A DNA stretch of 64,000 bases, taken from contig NIVC01002460.1 of assembly GCA_002269645.1 (NCBI GenBank), positions 1-64,000 on the forward strand. Reading direction: 5' to 3'. Both the position numbers and the translations under genes were made by a program. The notes under the pieces are model-generated. The model made no database searches. It was not told the origin of the DNA and worked only from the letters and a program-made list of their open reading frames with translations. Below, piece by piece: positions 12,601 to 23,250 of this stretch; the stretch's first letter is position 1; every line of letters starts with the position of its first letter. This DNA is from Macrostomum lignano (taxonomy: Eukaryota).

Positions 12601-13719
12601 TTCTTCGCCTAATCGCGAGGGAGGACTGCGCCGTGAAACTGTTCTCGCAACTGGAGACACTCACCGAGACTTTCTGGGCCGGCTGCAGGGCCAACTGTAA
12701 GATGCCCAAGTACGCCACGCAGCTTGTGAGTTGGACAAGAAATCAGCCAAGCATTGCTTTTGAGTAGTTTGACAGAAACCAGTTGTACAGCGAGCTAGAA
12801 AACTCTTGTGACTTAATGATTTATGGATTGTGTCAGGTGTTAGACGTTCAGTTTAGTACAAAAGTGTCGAAAAAGAGCTTTTTGCGACAATAGCTAGTGC
12901 TGCCGGTGTCCAGCGGAGTCCAGGAGGTGGATGGTCGCTCGCCTCGGTAGCCCTTAGGGGTACAGGACGAGCTGAAAAAAATTCTCGGGCACAAAAGCGT
13001 CGGAAAGGTCTGGGTTTGGGTCGACCGCATTTTCAACACCAGAAACACAGAATGGGCATTCCTCACTGCGGATTTCCCCTGGAGGTAGCGATACCTGGAA
13101 AATAGCCATGGACCTGAGTGGGTCATGGTTACCACTCTGATGTCCCTGCGGTTGAGTCCAAGCGGGCTCTGCTTTGAATAGCCAAACTTTGAATACTTCC
13201 AGTTGAGAACAACTAGTTATGTTTCCAACCCTTCAGACAACTCAGCCGTGGCCCGACGCGTCCCACGCCGCTTACAACGCGACGCTACGGTCGCTCACTT
13301 CGCTGATCGGCTTCCCGAAGCAGGTGAGCCCCGACCAGGGCCTGACCATGCTCTACTACTCCTACCTGCAGGGTGAGCAGCTGATCCAGCCCAGCTCCGT
13401 GCAGCGCTTCGGCCAGTCGCTGGCCATGCGAGAGGCGGCCCGCAGCAACCTGGCCTGGATCCGGGTCGAGGCCGAGTACCCGATCGGGTCCGGCAGCGCC
13501 CAGGCCGACGGATATCCGGTGGAGAATCTGCTGGCCGAGATGGGCGGCATTCTGGGTCTGTACTGCGGCGTCTCGGTGCTGACCATCTGCGAGCTGATGG
13601 ACCTGGTGGGCCGCCTGCTGCACCGTGCCGCGCTGCGGTGGATGCGCCGCAGTCTGGTTGGCAGCTCCAACGCCAAGGACGACAAGGTAGTGGAGGTGCA
13701 GCCAGCTAGAAAGCTGTAA
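6669..13719 (+). CDS. DEG/ENaC (amiloride-sensitive sodium channel family) paralog B, complete 7-exon model: 6669-7215, 7385-7624, 8057-8179, 10560-10952, 11339-11936, 12425-12725, 13237-13719
   Basis: Pre-TM1 STTAHG motif, TM1, HPVST, YPDIYLCSAN, HPYYGACYKFNS, Cys-rich thumb region and TM2 with GVS. All six introns are GT-AG and phase-compatible when traced by hand. Confidence 0.9.
8259..8556. mobile_element. Small inverted-repeat (MITE-like) element in ENaC intron 3
   Basis: Perfect 28-bp inverted repeat atagcattttgcaagctagtagagacta at 8259-8286 and 8529-8556. No clear TSD. Confidence 0.5.
8650..8995. repeat. ~24-bp tandem repeat (aaagtcaactagaccatagagaat)
   Basis: About 14 degenerate copies visible. 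Confidence 0.9.
9680..10095 (-). mobile_element. Interspersed repeat copy 2 (same family as 4680-5020)
   Basis: Same shared motifs, plus ccctggaggtagc..ccatggt..ctgatgtccct, which it shares with copy 3. Confidence 0.55.
12046..12357. mobile_element. hAT-type MITE in ENaC paralog B intron 5
   Basis: TIRs caggggcgtcgcca / tggcgacatccctg with an exact 8-bp TSD ttctcgat (12038-12045 and 12358-12365). Confidence 0.87.
12895..13170 (-). mobile_element. Interspersed repeat copy 3 (more diverged)
   Basis: gacgagctg..attctcgggc, cgcattttcaaca, ccctggaggtagc and ctgatgtccct motifs. Confidence 0.45.
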
Positions 13720-13827
13720 CATGACTGGCATTGCAAAACAAATAAAAATCTAGTAAGAGAGCATCGGTAAGAAGAAAGTTAATGAGGAACTCCCTGGTCT
13801 GTTAGTGTTGTGTTTTACTTCTCCATT

Positions 13828-14050
13828 GTGTCGGCGACTCCAGCTGGCGGGCCACATCATCCGCGCCGAGTCGTACTGCCCAGAGCCGGTGCAGGAGGTG
13901 CTGCTGCTGACGCTGCAGGCACCCTACCGGCAGGGGCAGGCGCGCACTCGGCGTTTCGTCGACTGCCTGCTGGCTGACGCCGGCGCCCCGGATTCGGCCG
14001 GCGGCGTGGCGTTCATCCGTGGCGCTAACCCTGCGTAGTCTGTTGTTGTT
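13828..14050 (+). mobile_element. 5'-truncated non-LTR retrotransposon (RTE-like) 3' fragment
   Basis: RRLQLAGHIIR..EPVQEVLL..RQGQARTRRFVDCLLAD resembles the post-RT C-terminus of RTE-clade ORFs. It is followed by a short (tgt)n tail. Confidence 0.55.
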
Positions 14051-14523
14051 TTCATGTTTACTTTTGCATTATAACATATTTTGCCCAACATTTCTTAATC
14101 AATTTAACGATCTGAAATCTTACGCAATCAATTTTTAGTTTAACTTAGATTGGAAAAAATCTATATTTTTAATTTTCCTTTTAATCTCCTACTCGTAATT
14201 GCTTGTTGGCATCTCTAGTTAAAGACACGGATTGTTTTGTTAGGATCCTTTCTTGCTTCTGACATTAATCGCGTACGTCTACGAGTTAAGACATTTGTTT
14301 CCATGCAAAATATACCTATTTTCATGAGTTCAAGCGTATGAAATCAAATTATTGTATTTTATGGTAAAGTTACGAGTACTTTAAAGTCGCGAGCTCTATG
14401 GAATAATTTATAGGAAACAGCAGATTAATGGCGGAAAATTACAATCTTATTAATTATTAGTCGTCTGTACACAAGAAACTAATGTACTTGTTACACTACT
14501 CTATACTAAGCGTGTTTCTCATG

Positions 14524-15765
14524 TCACAAAGATGTCAGCGGCTGGCATTGCTTTGTTCTCAACCGAGCAGCACCGCCTTCTGGTAGCTCCTGAAATGAAG
14601 AAGCATTGAAATATGATTATTTAACTAGGAATGAGTAGTTATTCCGCATCAGATAGATTTCTCACTCAACTTGTCCTCCTAAACCTGTCCTACTAGACCT
14701 GTCCTACTCATATGTCCTACTCAACCTGTCCCACTTAACCTGTCCTACACAACCTGTCCTCCTAAACCTGTCCCACTCAACCTGTCCTACTTAACCTGTC
14801 CTACTCAACCTGTTCTACTCAACCTGTCCTACTTAACCTGTCCTACTCAACCTGTTCTACTCAACCTGTCCTACTCAACCTGTCCTACTCAACCTGTCCT
14901 ACTTAACCTGTCCTACTCAACCTGTTCTACTCAACCTGTCCTACTTAACCTGTCCTACTCAACCTGTTCTACTCAACCTGTCCTACTCAACCTGTCCTAC
15001 TCAACCTGTCCTACTCAACCTGTCCTACTCAACTTGTCCTACTTAACCTGTCCTACTCAACCTGTCCTACTAGACCTGTCCTACTAGACCTGTCCTACTA
15101 GACCTGTCCTACCTAACCTGTCCTACTCAACCTGTTCTACTCAACCTGTCCTACTCAACCTGTCCTACTCAACCTGTCCTACTCAACCTGTCCTACTCAA
15201 CCTGTCCTACTTAACCTGTCCTACTTAACCTGTCCTACTCAACCTGTCCTACTAGACCTGTCCTACCTAACCTGTCCTACTCAACCTGTCCTACTAGACC
15301 TGTCCTACTAGACCTGTCCTACTAGACCTGTCCTACTAGACCTGTCCTACTAGACCTGTCCTACTAGACCTGTCCTACTAGACCTGTCCTACTCAACCTG
15401 TCCTACTCAACCTGTCCTACTAGACCTGTCCTACCTAACCTGTCCTACTCAACCTGTCCTACTAGACCTGTCCTACTTAACCTGTCCTACTTAAACAGTC
15501 CTACTCAACCTGCCCTACTCAACCTGTTCTCCTCAACCTGCCTTCCTCAACCTTCTTTCTTTCCCAGGCCCTCACCAGCCGCCGATAAACGAGTACAAAG
15601 GTCCTGCCAGCGTGGCTCTGTGCTGTTGCTGCTGTGTCGGATAAGCCGCAGCTGCAGCGCTGCCGCCCGATCTGGCCAATCCAGAGCCTGTCGGTGCAGT
15701 GCAACAGCCGCCGCGGCTTCGTTGACCAGCGCTGCTCGGATGCCGCCTCATGGCTGACAGGGAGG
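14524..15765 (-). other. Two putative terminal exons (15765-15576 and 14589-14524) of an unidentified gene
   Basis: Acceptors cttgtttccag and ttcatttcag, donor gtgag, phase-compatible open frame ending in TGA. No recognisable homology. Confidence 0.3.
14665..15545. repeat. 14-bp tandem repeat (aacctgtcctactc)
   Basis: About 60 copies, filling the intron between the two putative exons. Confidence 0.95.
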
Positions 15766-16197
15766 CTGGAAACAAGGGAGTGGAGTTTGTCGCATTTAAA
15801 GTGAGACAGATCGTGCTTGATTAAATTGTTATTTGTTTCCACTTAAAATAATATTAAAATTAATTTTAGTGATTTTAGCTCACTTTCCTGCTTACAGTAG
15901 GACAAAAGGCGCGTAATAGTCTCAAGTATTTTGTTAGGGAGCAAAAAAACAAAGGCAAAACTATTAGCAAAAAATGGTTTCAGTTAAACATTAGCTTAAG
16001 GTTGTAGCACCGTTCTTTAGTTAAATATGTCATTAGCTATGTATTAGCCACAGTTTTTGCTTGCTAAGTTATTAATAAAACGTTATAGCAGAAGATGTAC
16101 CACCGTTAGCTTGAAATGTTCATTACAATACCTGGTCCACTGAAATGATTTAAAAGTGGTACTTGGTGTACTTTCTGTAAAAACTAAAAGATACATG

Positions 16198-16243
16198 TAG
16201 ATAGATAGATAGATAGACAGATAGATAGACAGATAGATAGATG

Positions 16244-16274
<31 letters not shown>

Positions 16275-16307
16275 GGATAGATAGATAGATAGACAGATAG
16301 ATAGATG

Positions 16308-16338
<31 letters not shown>

Positions 16339-16339
16339 G

Positions 16340-16404
<65 letters not shown>

Positions 16405-16408
16405 GATG

Positions 16409-16462
<54 letters not shown>

Positions 16463-16467
16463 CAGAC

Positions 16468-16514
<47 letters not shown>

Positions 16515-16515
16515 C

Positions 16516-16566
<51 letters not shown>

Positions 16567-16567
16567 C

Positions 16568-16598
<31 letters not shown>

Positions 16599-16668
16599 CA
16601 GATAGATAGATAGATAGATAGTAGATAGATAGATATTGAATAGATAGATAGATAGATAGATAGATAGA
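16198..16668. repeat. (GATA)n microsatellite
   Basis: Directly visible. Confidence 0.98.
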
Positions 16669-17639
16669 TTTTTGACAATTTCGGACATTTATGACAGCCA
16701 ACGCAGTTATGAAGTATGATTTATGACAGTTATGAAACTGCTATTTTTAGCCATAATAGACTGAGCCGTATGCTCGATCCACGCAGCCTTCTAGAGAACT
16801 TTCTACTCGTACATTTTAGAACAAGTTTTGTTTGCACACGAATCCCACCAACCTCGCGCCGTGCAACCCACCCCACTCCCCCAATTAACCAGTAAAATTT
16901 ACAAATACTAAATACTCAATAACTACAAAGGCCTCATACTGCAGCAAGCGGATGCTGGAAGCCGAATGCCTATCTCTACCCAACACACCGAAGCTACATT
17001 AATACCCCAACTCAACTCGACAGGTACTCGATCCCTATGGATGAGCAGATTTGAACGCTAATATCAGCAGCTATGGCTACCCCAACTCAGACATTCTGAC
17101 ATTCAGGCATCGAGCGATCACGGCAGTACGTAGTGATCTCAAAAAATGCCTGTTGCAATTCAACCTTACAAAAGAAGCCCAGAAGTTCTACGTTACTTTT
17201 CGAGACTTTTTATACGTTTTATCCATGTACATGTACGCGATTTTCACCTGGTCCGGCACACTGAATTCTTTAATTTTCAAGTCAAATAATTCGTACGAAA
17301 TTAAACTCGCAGTTTTCTACTCTAAGTGGACTGGGAATTTTTTGTTTTATTTGTATTGAAAAAAGCAGCAGTTAAAGTGAACACAAATGCTCATCCTCAT
17401 TTCGTCAGCATACTTGTACAGTTATGTCTTCTAAAAAGGATTTTCCTGATATATTATTCTTTGAGCCAGAACACGTGGACCTGGTTCGATTCCGTGAGCG
17501 CGGCCACTCTAATTTAAGGCTTACGCTCGTATGGACGAAAATTTGCCGAGTGGTTGTCGTGCGATTCACCCATCAGGGCCACTCCAAAATGCACAGAGTG
17601 TACATGCAACCATGGACGATTAGAAAGTATTATTGACTG

Positions 17640-18410
17640 CGGAGAGCTGCACGATAGCATCACGTGATTAAGGTTCAAGGCTGCTGCTAGGGCAATCATC
17701 TGATTGGTCGTAGAGACCTGCCCGATTAGCATCACGTGATTAAGGTTCCAGGCTGCTGCTAGGGCAATCATCTGATTGGTCGTAGAGACCTGCACGATTA
17801 GCATCACGTGATTAAGGTTCAAGGCTGCTGCTAGGGCAATCATCTGATTGGTCGTAGAGACCTGCACGATTAGCATCACGTGATTAAGGTTCCAGGCTGC
17901 TGCTAGGGCAATCATCTGATTGGTCGTAGAGACCTGCACGATTAGCATCACGTGATTAAGGTTCCAGGCTGCTGCTAGGGCAATCATCTGATTGGTCGTA
18001 GAGACCTGCACGATTAGCATCACGTGATTAAGGTTCCAGGCTGCTGCTAGGGCAATCATCTGATTGGTCGTAGAGACCTGCACGATTAGCATCACGTGAT
18101 TAAGGTTCCAGGCTGCTGCTAGGGCAATCATCTGATTGGTCGTAGAGACCTGCACGATTAGCATCACGTGATTAAGGTTCCAGGCTGCTGCTAGGGCAAT
18201 CATCTGATTGGTCGTAGAGACCTGCACGATTAGCATCACGTGATCTAAGTTCAAGGCCGCCGCTAGGGCAATCATCTGATTGGTCGTAGAGACCTGCACG
18301 ATTAGCATCACGTGATCTAAGTTCAAGGCCGCCGCTAGGGCAATCATCTGATTGGTCGTAGAGACCTGCACGATTAGCATCACGTGATTAAGGTTCCAGG
18401 CTGCTGCTAG
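17640..18410. repeat. 72-bp tandem minisatellite, about 10.7 copies
   Basis: Unit gcatcacgtgattaaggttccaggctgctgctagggcaatcatctgattggtcgtagagacctgcacgatta, near-identical copies. Confidence 0.95.
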
Positions 18411-18719
18411 GGGAAAACATCTGACTTGGTGTTAATAACACGTAGTTGTCTCCGTCGAAAAGTTATTTGTCTTCAGTTTAAAAACAATTTTTCTGTCACT
18501 GTAACTCCTATAATTCTGTAACTGTTTAATCACTAAACTTTGAAGTGTTGAGCTGTTAGTAAATCGAGATTCCTTGAAAGAAATTGTTTCCGCGAAATGA
18601 GTATTCTAGGTAAGCTGTAAATTCACTACAATTTTTAATAGCTCACTCAGACTGATATATGTAACTCGATTTTAAGTGCGCGTATACCTATAGTATTCGA
18701 ATATGTACAAGTACAGACG

Positions 18720-19448
18720 CAACTAACTAACTCCGGCGCCTCAGCCATTGAACAGGCTCTTACGCCCTAAGAATGAATTGGGTTACTAATGTACACTAGG
18801 TTTCTAAGCTAGGCTAAAAGAGACTGTGACCATCAAGCCGAGCAAGCGACACCAGTCGGGCTGAGGGAGGGCCCTACCCCCAGCTGTCGGGGCGTCACAC
18901 CTACTCCAAGCACAAAACTAAACCTCCCCGAGGCTAGCAGGGGTTGAGTGAACCAATCAGGGAAGCCCGTGCCTTCTCCTGGGATAGTGTACCTCCATAA
19001 TAATGGTCCTAAGACCTCCCCACGGCCGTGGCAACCCGAAGGAGCCTCCCCACCTACTAAACACCGGGTACTCTTTGCCAAGACAGTCACTTATCTTTTA
19101 AGCGGCAGGAGGGCTATTCGCGGGACTATTTCACCCTTTGCTTCGCCAACCCGCCATTTAAATTAGGGGCCGTGCCAACGGCCTCGTCCGGGTCAGATTC
19201 AGTCCTGGTTTTGGCACAATCCAGCTTAAACCTAGTCGTTCACCAGCAGACACTCCGAGGGAGACCGTCAGAGCATCAACTGGAACGAGTATAGGCCTGC
19301 CTTCCCATACAGCTACCCACAGCCCTTCCTGATCGGCTATTACCCTCCAACCCAGCCTACTAACTCATTACAATTCTTTCAGCCAGGCAGAGACAGGTGT
19401 CACAGGGGTACTGCGGTTTGGAGTCTCTATGCGAGACAAAACCAGACG
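18720..19448 (-). mobile_element. 729-bp non-coding retroposon-like insertion
   Basis: Exact 12-bp direct repeat caagtacagacg at 18708-18719 and 19449-19460. A short (TTAG)n tail sits at the minus-strand 3' end. No coding remnant recognised. Confidence 0.7.
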
Positions 19449-20803
19449 CAAGTACAGACGAAATGCGACAGAGACTCAATGTCTCTGTGAATTGAAAAAT
19501 GTGTTCTGTGAATTAAACACCACGAGGTAGTTTTCATCAACATGCATTTGTTTTCAAAAAGGTCTACTGTCAGTAGAGCGTGTAACAAATGAAGCATTTC
19601 TCGCTTTAAGGCTTCGAGTTCTCTGGCGCAAACTAAGTATTGTAAAAAAACGAATGCGAAAACGAAAACAAAGACCACTTATAAAGAAATTTTTAGAAAA
19701 AACGAACGTAGCAAACAAAAGAAGAAACTGTAGATTTTTTTATTGCATTCAAGCAATTTTTTATTAACGATTTAACAAATAGAAACAGTAAAAGCTAATA
19801 AAAATATGTATAAAGACTAACGACTATTTTTAATCTAAAAATGGTTTATATCCTACTAACAATGCGAAAAGCCGCACAAATTGTATTGTGCGGCACAATA
19901 AAAGAGATAAACAAAATAAACAAAAATGCACAACAATTTGACTTAACACAACAGAAAAGCAAAAACAAAAAACAGAAACAATATTGCTACAAATAGTATA
20001 ATTGAAGCTTGTTTTGCTGCTTTATACCTGTTGTAAAATATTGGCAAAAAACTACAAAAAGATGGAAACCACAAATACAAATACTATAATATTAGTAAGG
20101 CTGATTTATAACTAAAAATGCATGTATACTACTGACAATGCGAAAAAGTCGCGCAATACAAAAAGATGGACAGAAAATGCATAAAAACACGTTTAAAAAC
20201 ACGCATTTGAAATGAACCAAAGAAAACAAAAAACACAATGCAAGATTAGAGATTAGCAACGAAATAACTATTTAGCTACACCTTAATTACCAACTTGGCT
20301 ACGCCATTAATCATAAAAACTTACAAGTTACATTTACTTTCGATACATATCGGTACAAATAGAACAAAGACTCAAATGCTTCACTTCTGAACCTAATGCT
20401 ATACAAAAGCCGAATAGGCTGCAGATAGATATCCTATTTTAACTTAATTAGAAATAAGTTAGCCTGAAAAATCGTAGAGATCAACGGATTTCCATAAGAA
20501 TTATACATCGATATAAGAGTAATGCAAACTCCACCATGTACTATTGTGCCTTGCTTAGTCGCCGTGTTGCTTGACTTCTAACGGGAAGGTCGGGGGTTCA
20601 AATATTAACTGCTCGACCAAACTGTTTTTTTTCTTTTTAATTTGTTTACTAGAAGAGAGTAATTTCTCCTCTTTTGTAGTTTGTAATTTTTTCAATCATA
20701 ATTTTTGTCTTTAATAAACTTTCATGTTTACAATTAATTTCCGATATGTATCGAAATGATTTAAAACTCTGGATTAGGGAATGTTCATTGATTGGACAAG
20801 TTT

Positions 20804-22390
20804 TTATTGCCGCTTGTTGTTATGCACGGTGCGGATGTGATACTTGAGATGGCTGTTCACACTGAAAGCCTTGCCACAGTAGCTGCAACTGTATGGCTTC
20901 TCGCCTGTGTGGATGCGCATGTGAGTCTTGAGACTGCCGTCTTGACTGAAAGCCTTGCCACAGTAGCTGCAACTGAATGGCTTCTCGCCTGTGTGGATGC
21001 GCATGTGAGTCTTGAGACTGTCGTCTCGACTGAAAGCCTTGCCACAGTAGCTGCAACTGAATGGCTTCTCGCCTGTGTGGATGCGCATGTGAGTCTTGAG
21101 ACTGTCGTCTCGACTGAAAGCCTTGCCACAGTAGCTGCAACTGAATGGCTTCTCGCCTGTGTGGATGCGCATGTGATTCTTGAGATGGCCGTCTTGACTG
21201 AAAGCCTTGCCACAGTAGCTGCAACTGAATGGCTTCTCGCCTGTATGAGCTCGCATATGAACAGTCAGATTTACTTCCAGCTGAAACCTAGCCTTACACA
21301 CAGAACAGACGTATCGCCTCTCCAACAGATGCACCAATCTCACGTGAGCAATTTTACTCGATTTACTCTTGAAAACTTTCTCACAAAATCCGCAAATTAA
21401 ATCGCCTCCCGAGTTTAAAATGTCGGCCTCTTCATACAGCGGCCTGTCGCTAGCGCTGTCGCCGTCTTCAGCTACAATGTTGTACAGTTTGGCCATCTCG
21501 TCGCCATAGTAGACTAGAAGCTCGTGATCCGGACTGATGTCCCGGATAGCAATGTAATAGACGTTATTATCCCACTGGAAGGCTATCATGTTCTGCTCGC
21601 AGAGGTTCCTACTACAATTAACGTAGCGCATCCAATTGGAGAAGCGCATGTCGGCGGCGTCAACCCATTCGCAAGACTTGTCGCGTCGAATCTCCCAGGC
21701 GTAGGACGACGCCTCGGCGGTGGCTTTGTCGGTGATTCGCTGGCCAAGATAGGGTCCGAAGATGGAGCCCCTAGCGATAGGAGCTTCGGCCCACACGCCA
21801 TTGCCAGCGTGTCGGCCAACAGCGGAGCGGCAGATCCTCATGCCGTCAGGCAGTGTGAGATCACAGAAATTCTCAGCAGTGCCAAATCCATCCGGCATTT
21901 TATTGCTCACCCAGCGTTGATGCAGCTGGCAGCAATCGCCAAACACCTCTTTGCCGCAGTCATAGCAGTACAAGCTGCGCTCATCCGTCTCCTTGTAGAC
22001 GCAGGCAGTTTTACCGCGCCTTGGCGGCAGTTGGCGCGGCTCTGTCGGTAGAAAAGCCGCGATGACAGCAGAGCTAGAACTCTTGAACTTGCTGGAACAG
22101 GCAGAAGCAGTTTTGATCTTCTTCTTTGAGTTGGCCACTGGCTGATAGTCAGGGTCGCTGTCACTATCATTCCGGTTGCGCTTCTTTTGCACAGTACAGG
22201 CTCGTTTCGGCTGCTTTTGCCTAGCAACTGTTGCCTTGCCAACAGCAGCTGTTGACGCTGCTCGCTGCTGCTCCACTGGTTGTTGCAGATCTGGGACACC
22301 TTCAGCACCAAATAATTCTTTAATGAGGCGCTCATTTTCTGCCTTCCTGTTCAACCGCAGCAGCTCATAACTGCTAATGGTTGCTGACAT
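20804..22390 (-). CDS. PRDM9-like: PRDM9-like histone-lysine methyltransferase: zinc knuckle, PR/SET domain and 7 C2H2 fingers, single 528-aa ORF
   Basis: Zinc knuckle [18 protein letters not shown]; PR/SET motifs [28 protein letters not shown] and ELLVYYGDE; two unique fingers followed by five tandem 28-aa fingers with TGEKP linkers. Confidence 0.88.
   Translation of the reverse strand: MSATISSYELLRLNRKAENERLIKELFGAEGVPDLQQPVEQQRAASTAAVGKATVARQKQPKRACTVQKKRNRNDSDSDPDYQPVANSKKKIKTASACSSKFKSSSSAVIAAFLPTEPRQLPPRRGKTACVYKETDERSLYCYDCGKEVFGDCCQLHQRWVSNKMPDGFGTAENFCDLTLPDGMRICRSAVGRHAGNGVWAEAPIARGSIFGPYLGQRITDKATAEASSYAWEIRRDKSCEWVDAADMRFSNWMRYVNCSRNLCEQNMIAFQWDNNVYYIAIRDISPDHELLVYYGDEMAKLYNIVAEDGDSASDRPLYEEADILNSGGDLICGFCEKVFKSKSSKIAHVRLVHLLERRYVCSVCKARFQLEVNLTVHMRAHTGEKPFSCSYCGKAFSQDGHLKNHMRIHTGEKPFSCSYCGKAFSRDDSLKTHMRIHTGEKPFSCSYCGKAFSRDDSLKTHMRIHTGEKPFSCSYCGKAFSQDGSLKTHMRIHTGEKPYSCSYCGKAFSVNSHLKYHIRTVHNNKRQ
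20826..21245 (-). repeat. 84-bp coding minisatellite (zinc-finger array of the PRDM9-like gene)
   Basis: Five units, near-identical at the DNA level outside the recognition-helix codons. Confidence 0.95.
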
Positions 22391-23250
22391 CTAGAAGTTG
22401 TAAACAAATCAAATATCACATTAAAGCTAGTCAAATTTTCTGAATAAAAATTGTAGCAATACTTCTTAGGCCTATCTTAAGGAAGTTAATATGTAAATCC
22501 TTAAAGAAAAAATGGACACTAAACAAAATTTATCCAATAAAAAAGTATTCAGCCAATCAAGTTGAGTCATGACCTACTCTAATTGCTTTCATAAGCATTA
22601 AGAAAACAACTTTTCAAGTTCTTTTAGCATAGAAAAGTCTCTTAGCCAGAAAAAAGAGCCACAGACAGATTCAATAAAATCAATAAAATTCAAAAAAAAT
22701 AAAAAACCAACAATGCAACCAACCTTGCTACCTTGGGATTGGACATGATCACAATCAATCATGATTTGATTAAACTAGTTCATGAGGTCATTAATTTTTC
22801 CTTACTTTTCTCTCTTTTTAACTCTTTTTTGCCTTTGCATTCAACTTTTAATTTTAATTTTTCATCTTAATTGTAACTTTTTTATTTATTTAATTTACAA
22901 ATAATTTAATACAAATATGTAAAATACTAGATTTATATATAAAAGCTATTCCATTCTAAGTAATTATCATGAATAGATAATGGTCTTTTCCTGCTTGTCA
23001 ATTTCATTTTTGATCTTATACATCTATTGCAAGCTGCATTAATAGTTATAGATAATGACTAACTAAGCAATATTGAATAGGATATTAGAGAATATCTTAA
23101 TGGCCAGTTTTGGCAACTTAAATCAAATTTCTTTAAGAGTAGATACTTAACCTAAAGAAAGACAAAGAAGTTATATAGGGCCAAGTCAAAGCTATAATGA
23201 AGTGGATATTATAATAACTACACTCATAAATTCAACTCAATTCTATGAAC

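Noticed and set aside
16083-16701. Long ORFs reading SIYLSIYL (also 30253-30810, 49117-50280 and 52823-54938)
   Set aside because: Translations of GATA/GACA microsatellites, which lack stops on one strand; not coding.
17514-18383. 289-aa ORF of 24-aa repeats
   Set aside because: The 72-bp unit is a multiple of 3 and happens to have no stop in that frame. There is no unique flanking coding sequence or splice support.
20545-20610. tRNA-like segments with B-box-like ggttcaaat (and ttcgattcc near 58144)
   Set aside because: No cloverleaf can be folded. At most these are decayed SINE heads.
20792-21400. 202-aa plus-strand ORF opposite the zinc fingers
   Set aside because: The usual antisense open frame of C2H2 repeat arrays.
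22724-22746. Possible upstream micro-exon MSNPK for the PRDM9-like gene
   Set aside because: Only a weak gtagca donor supports it, and it adds no KRAB-like residues.
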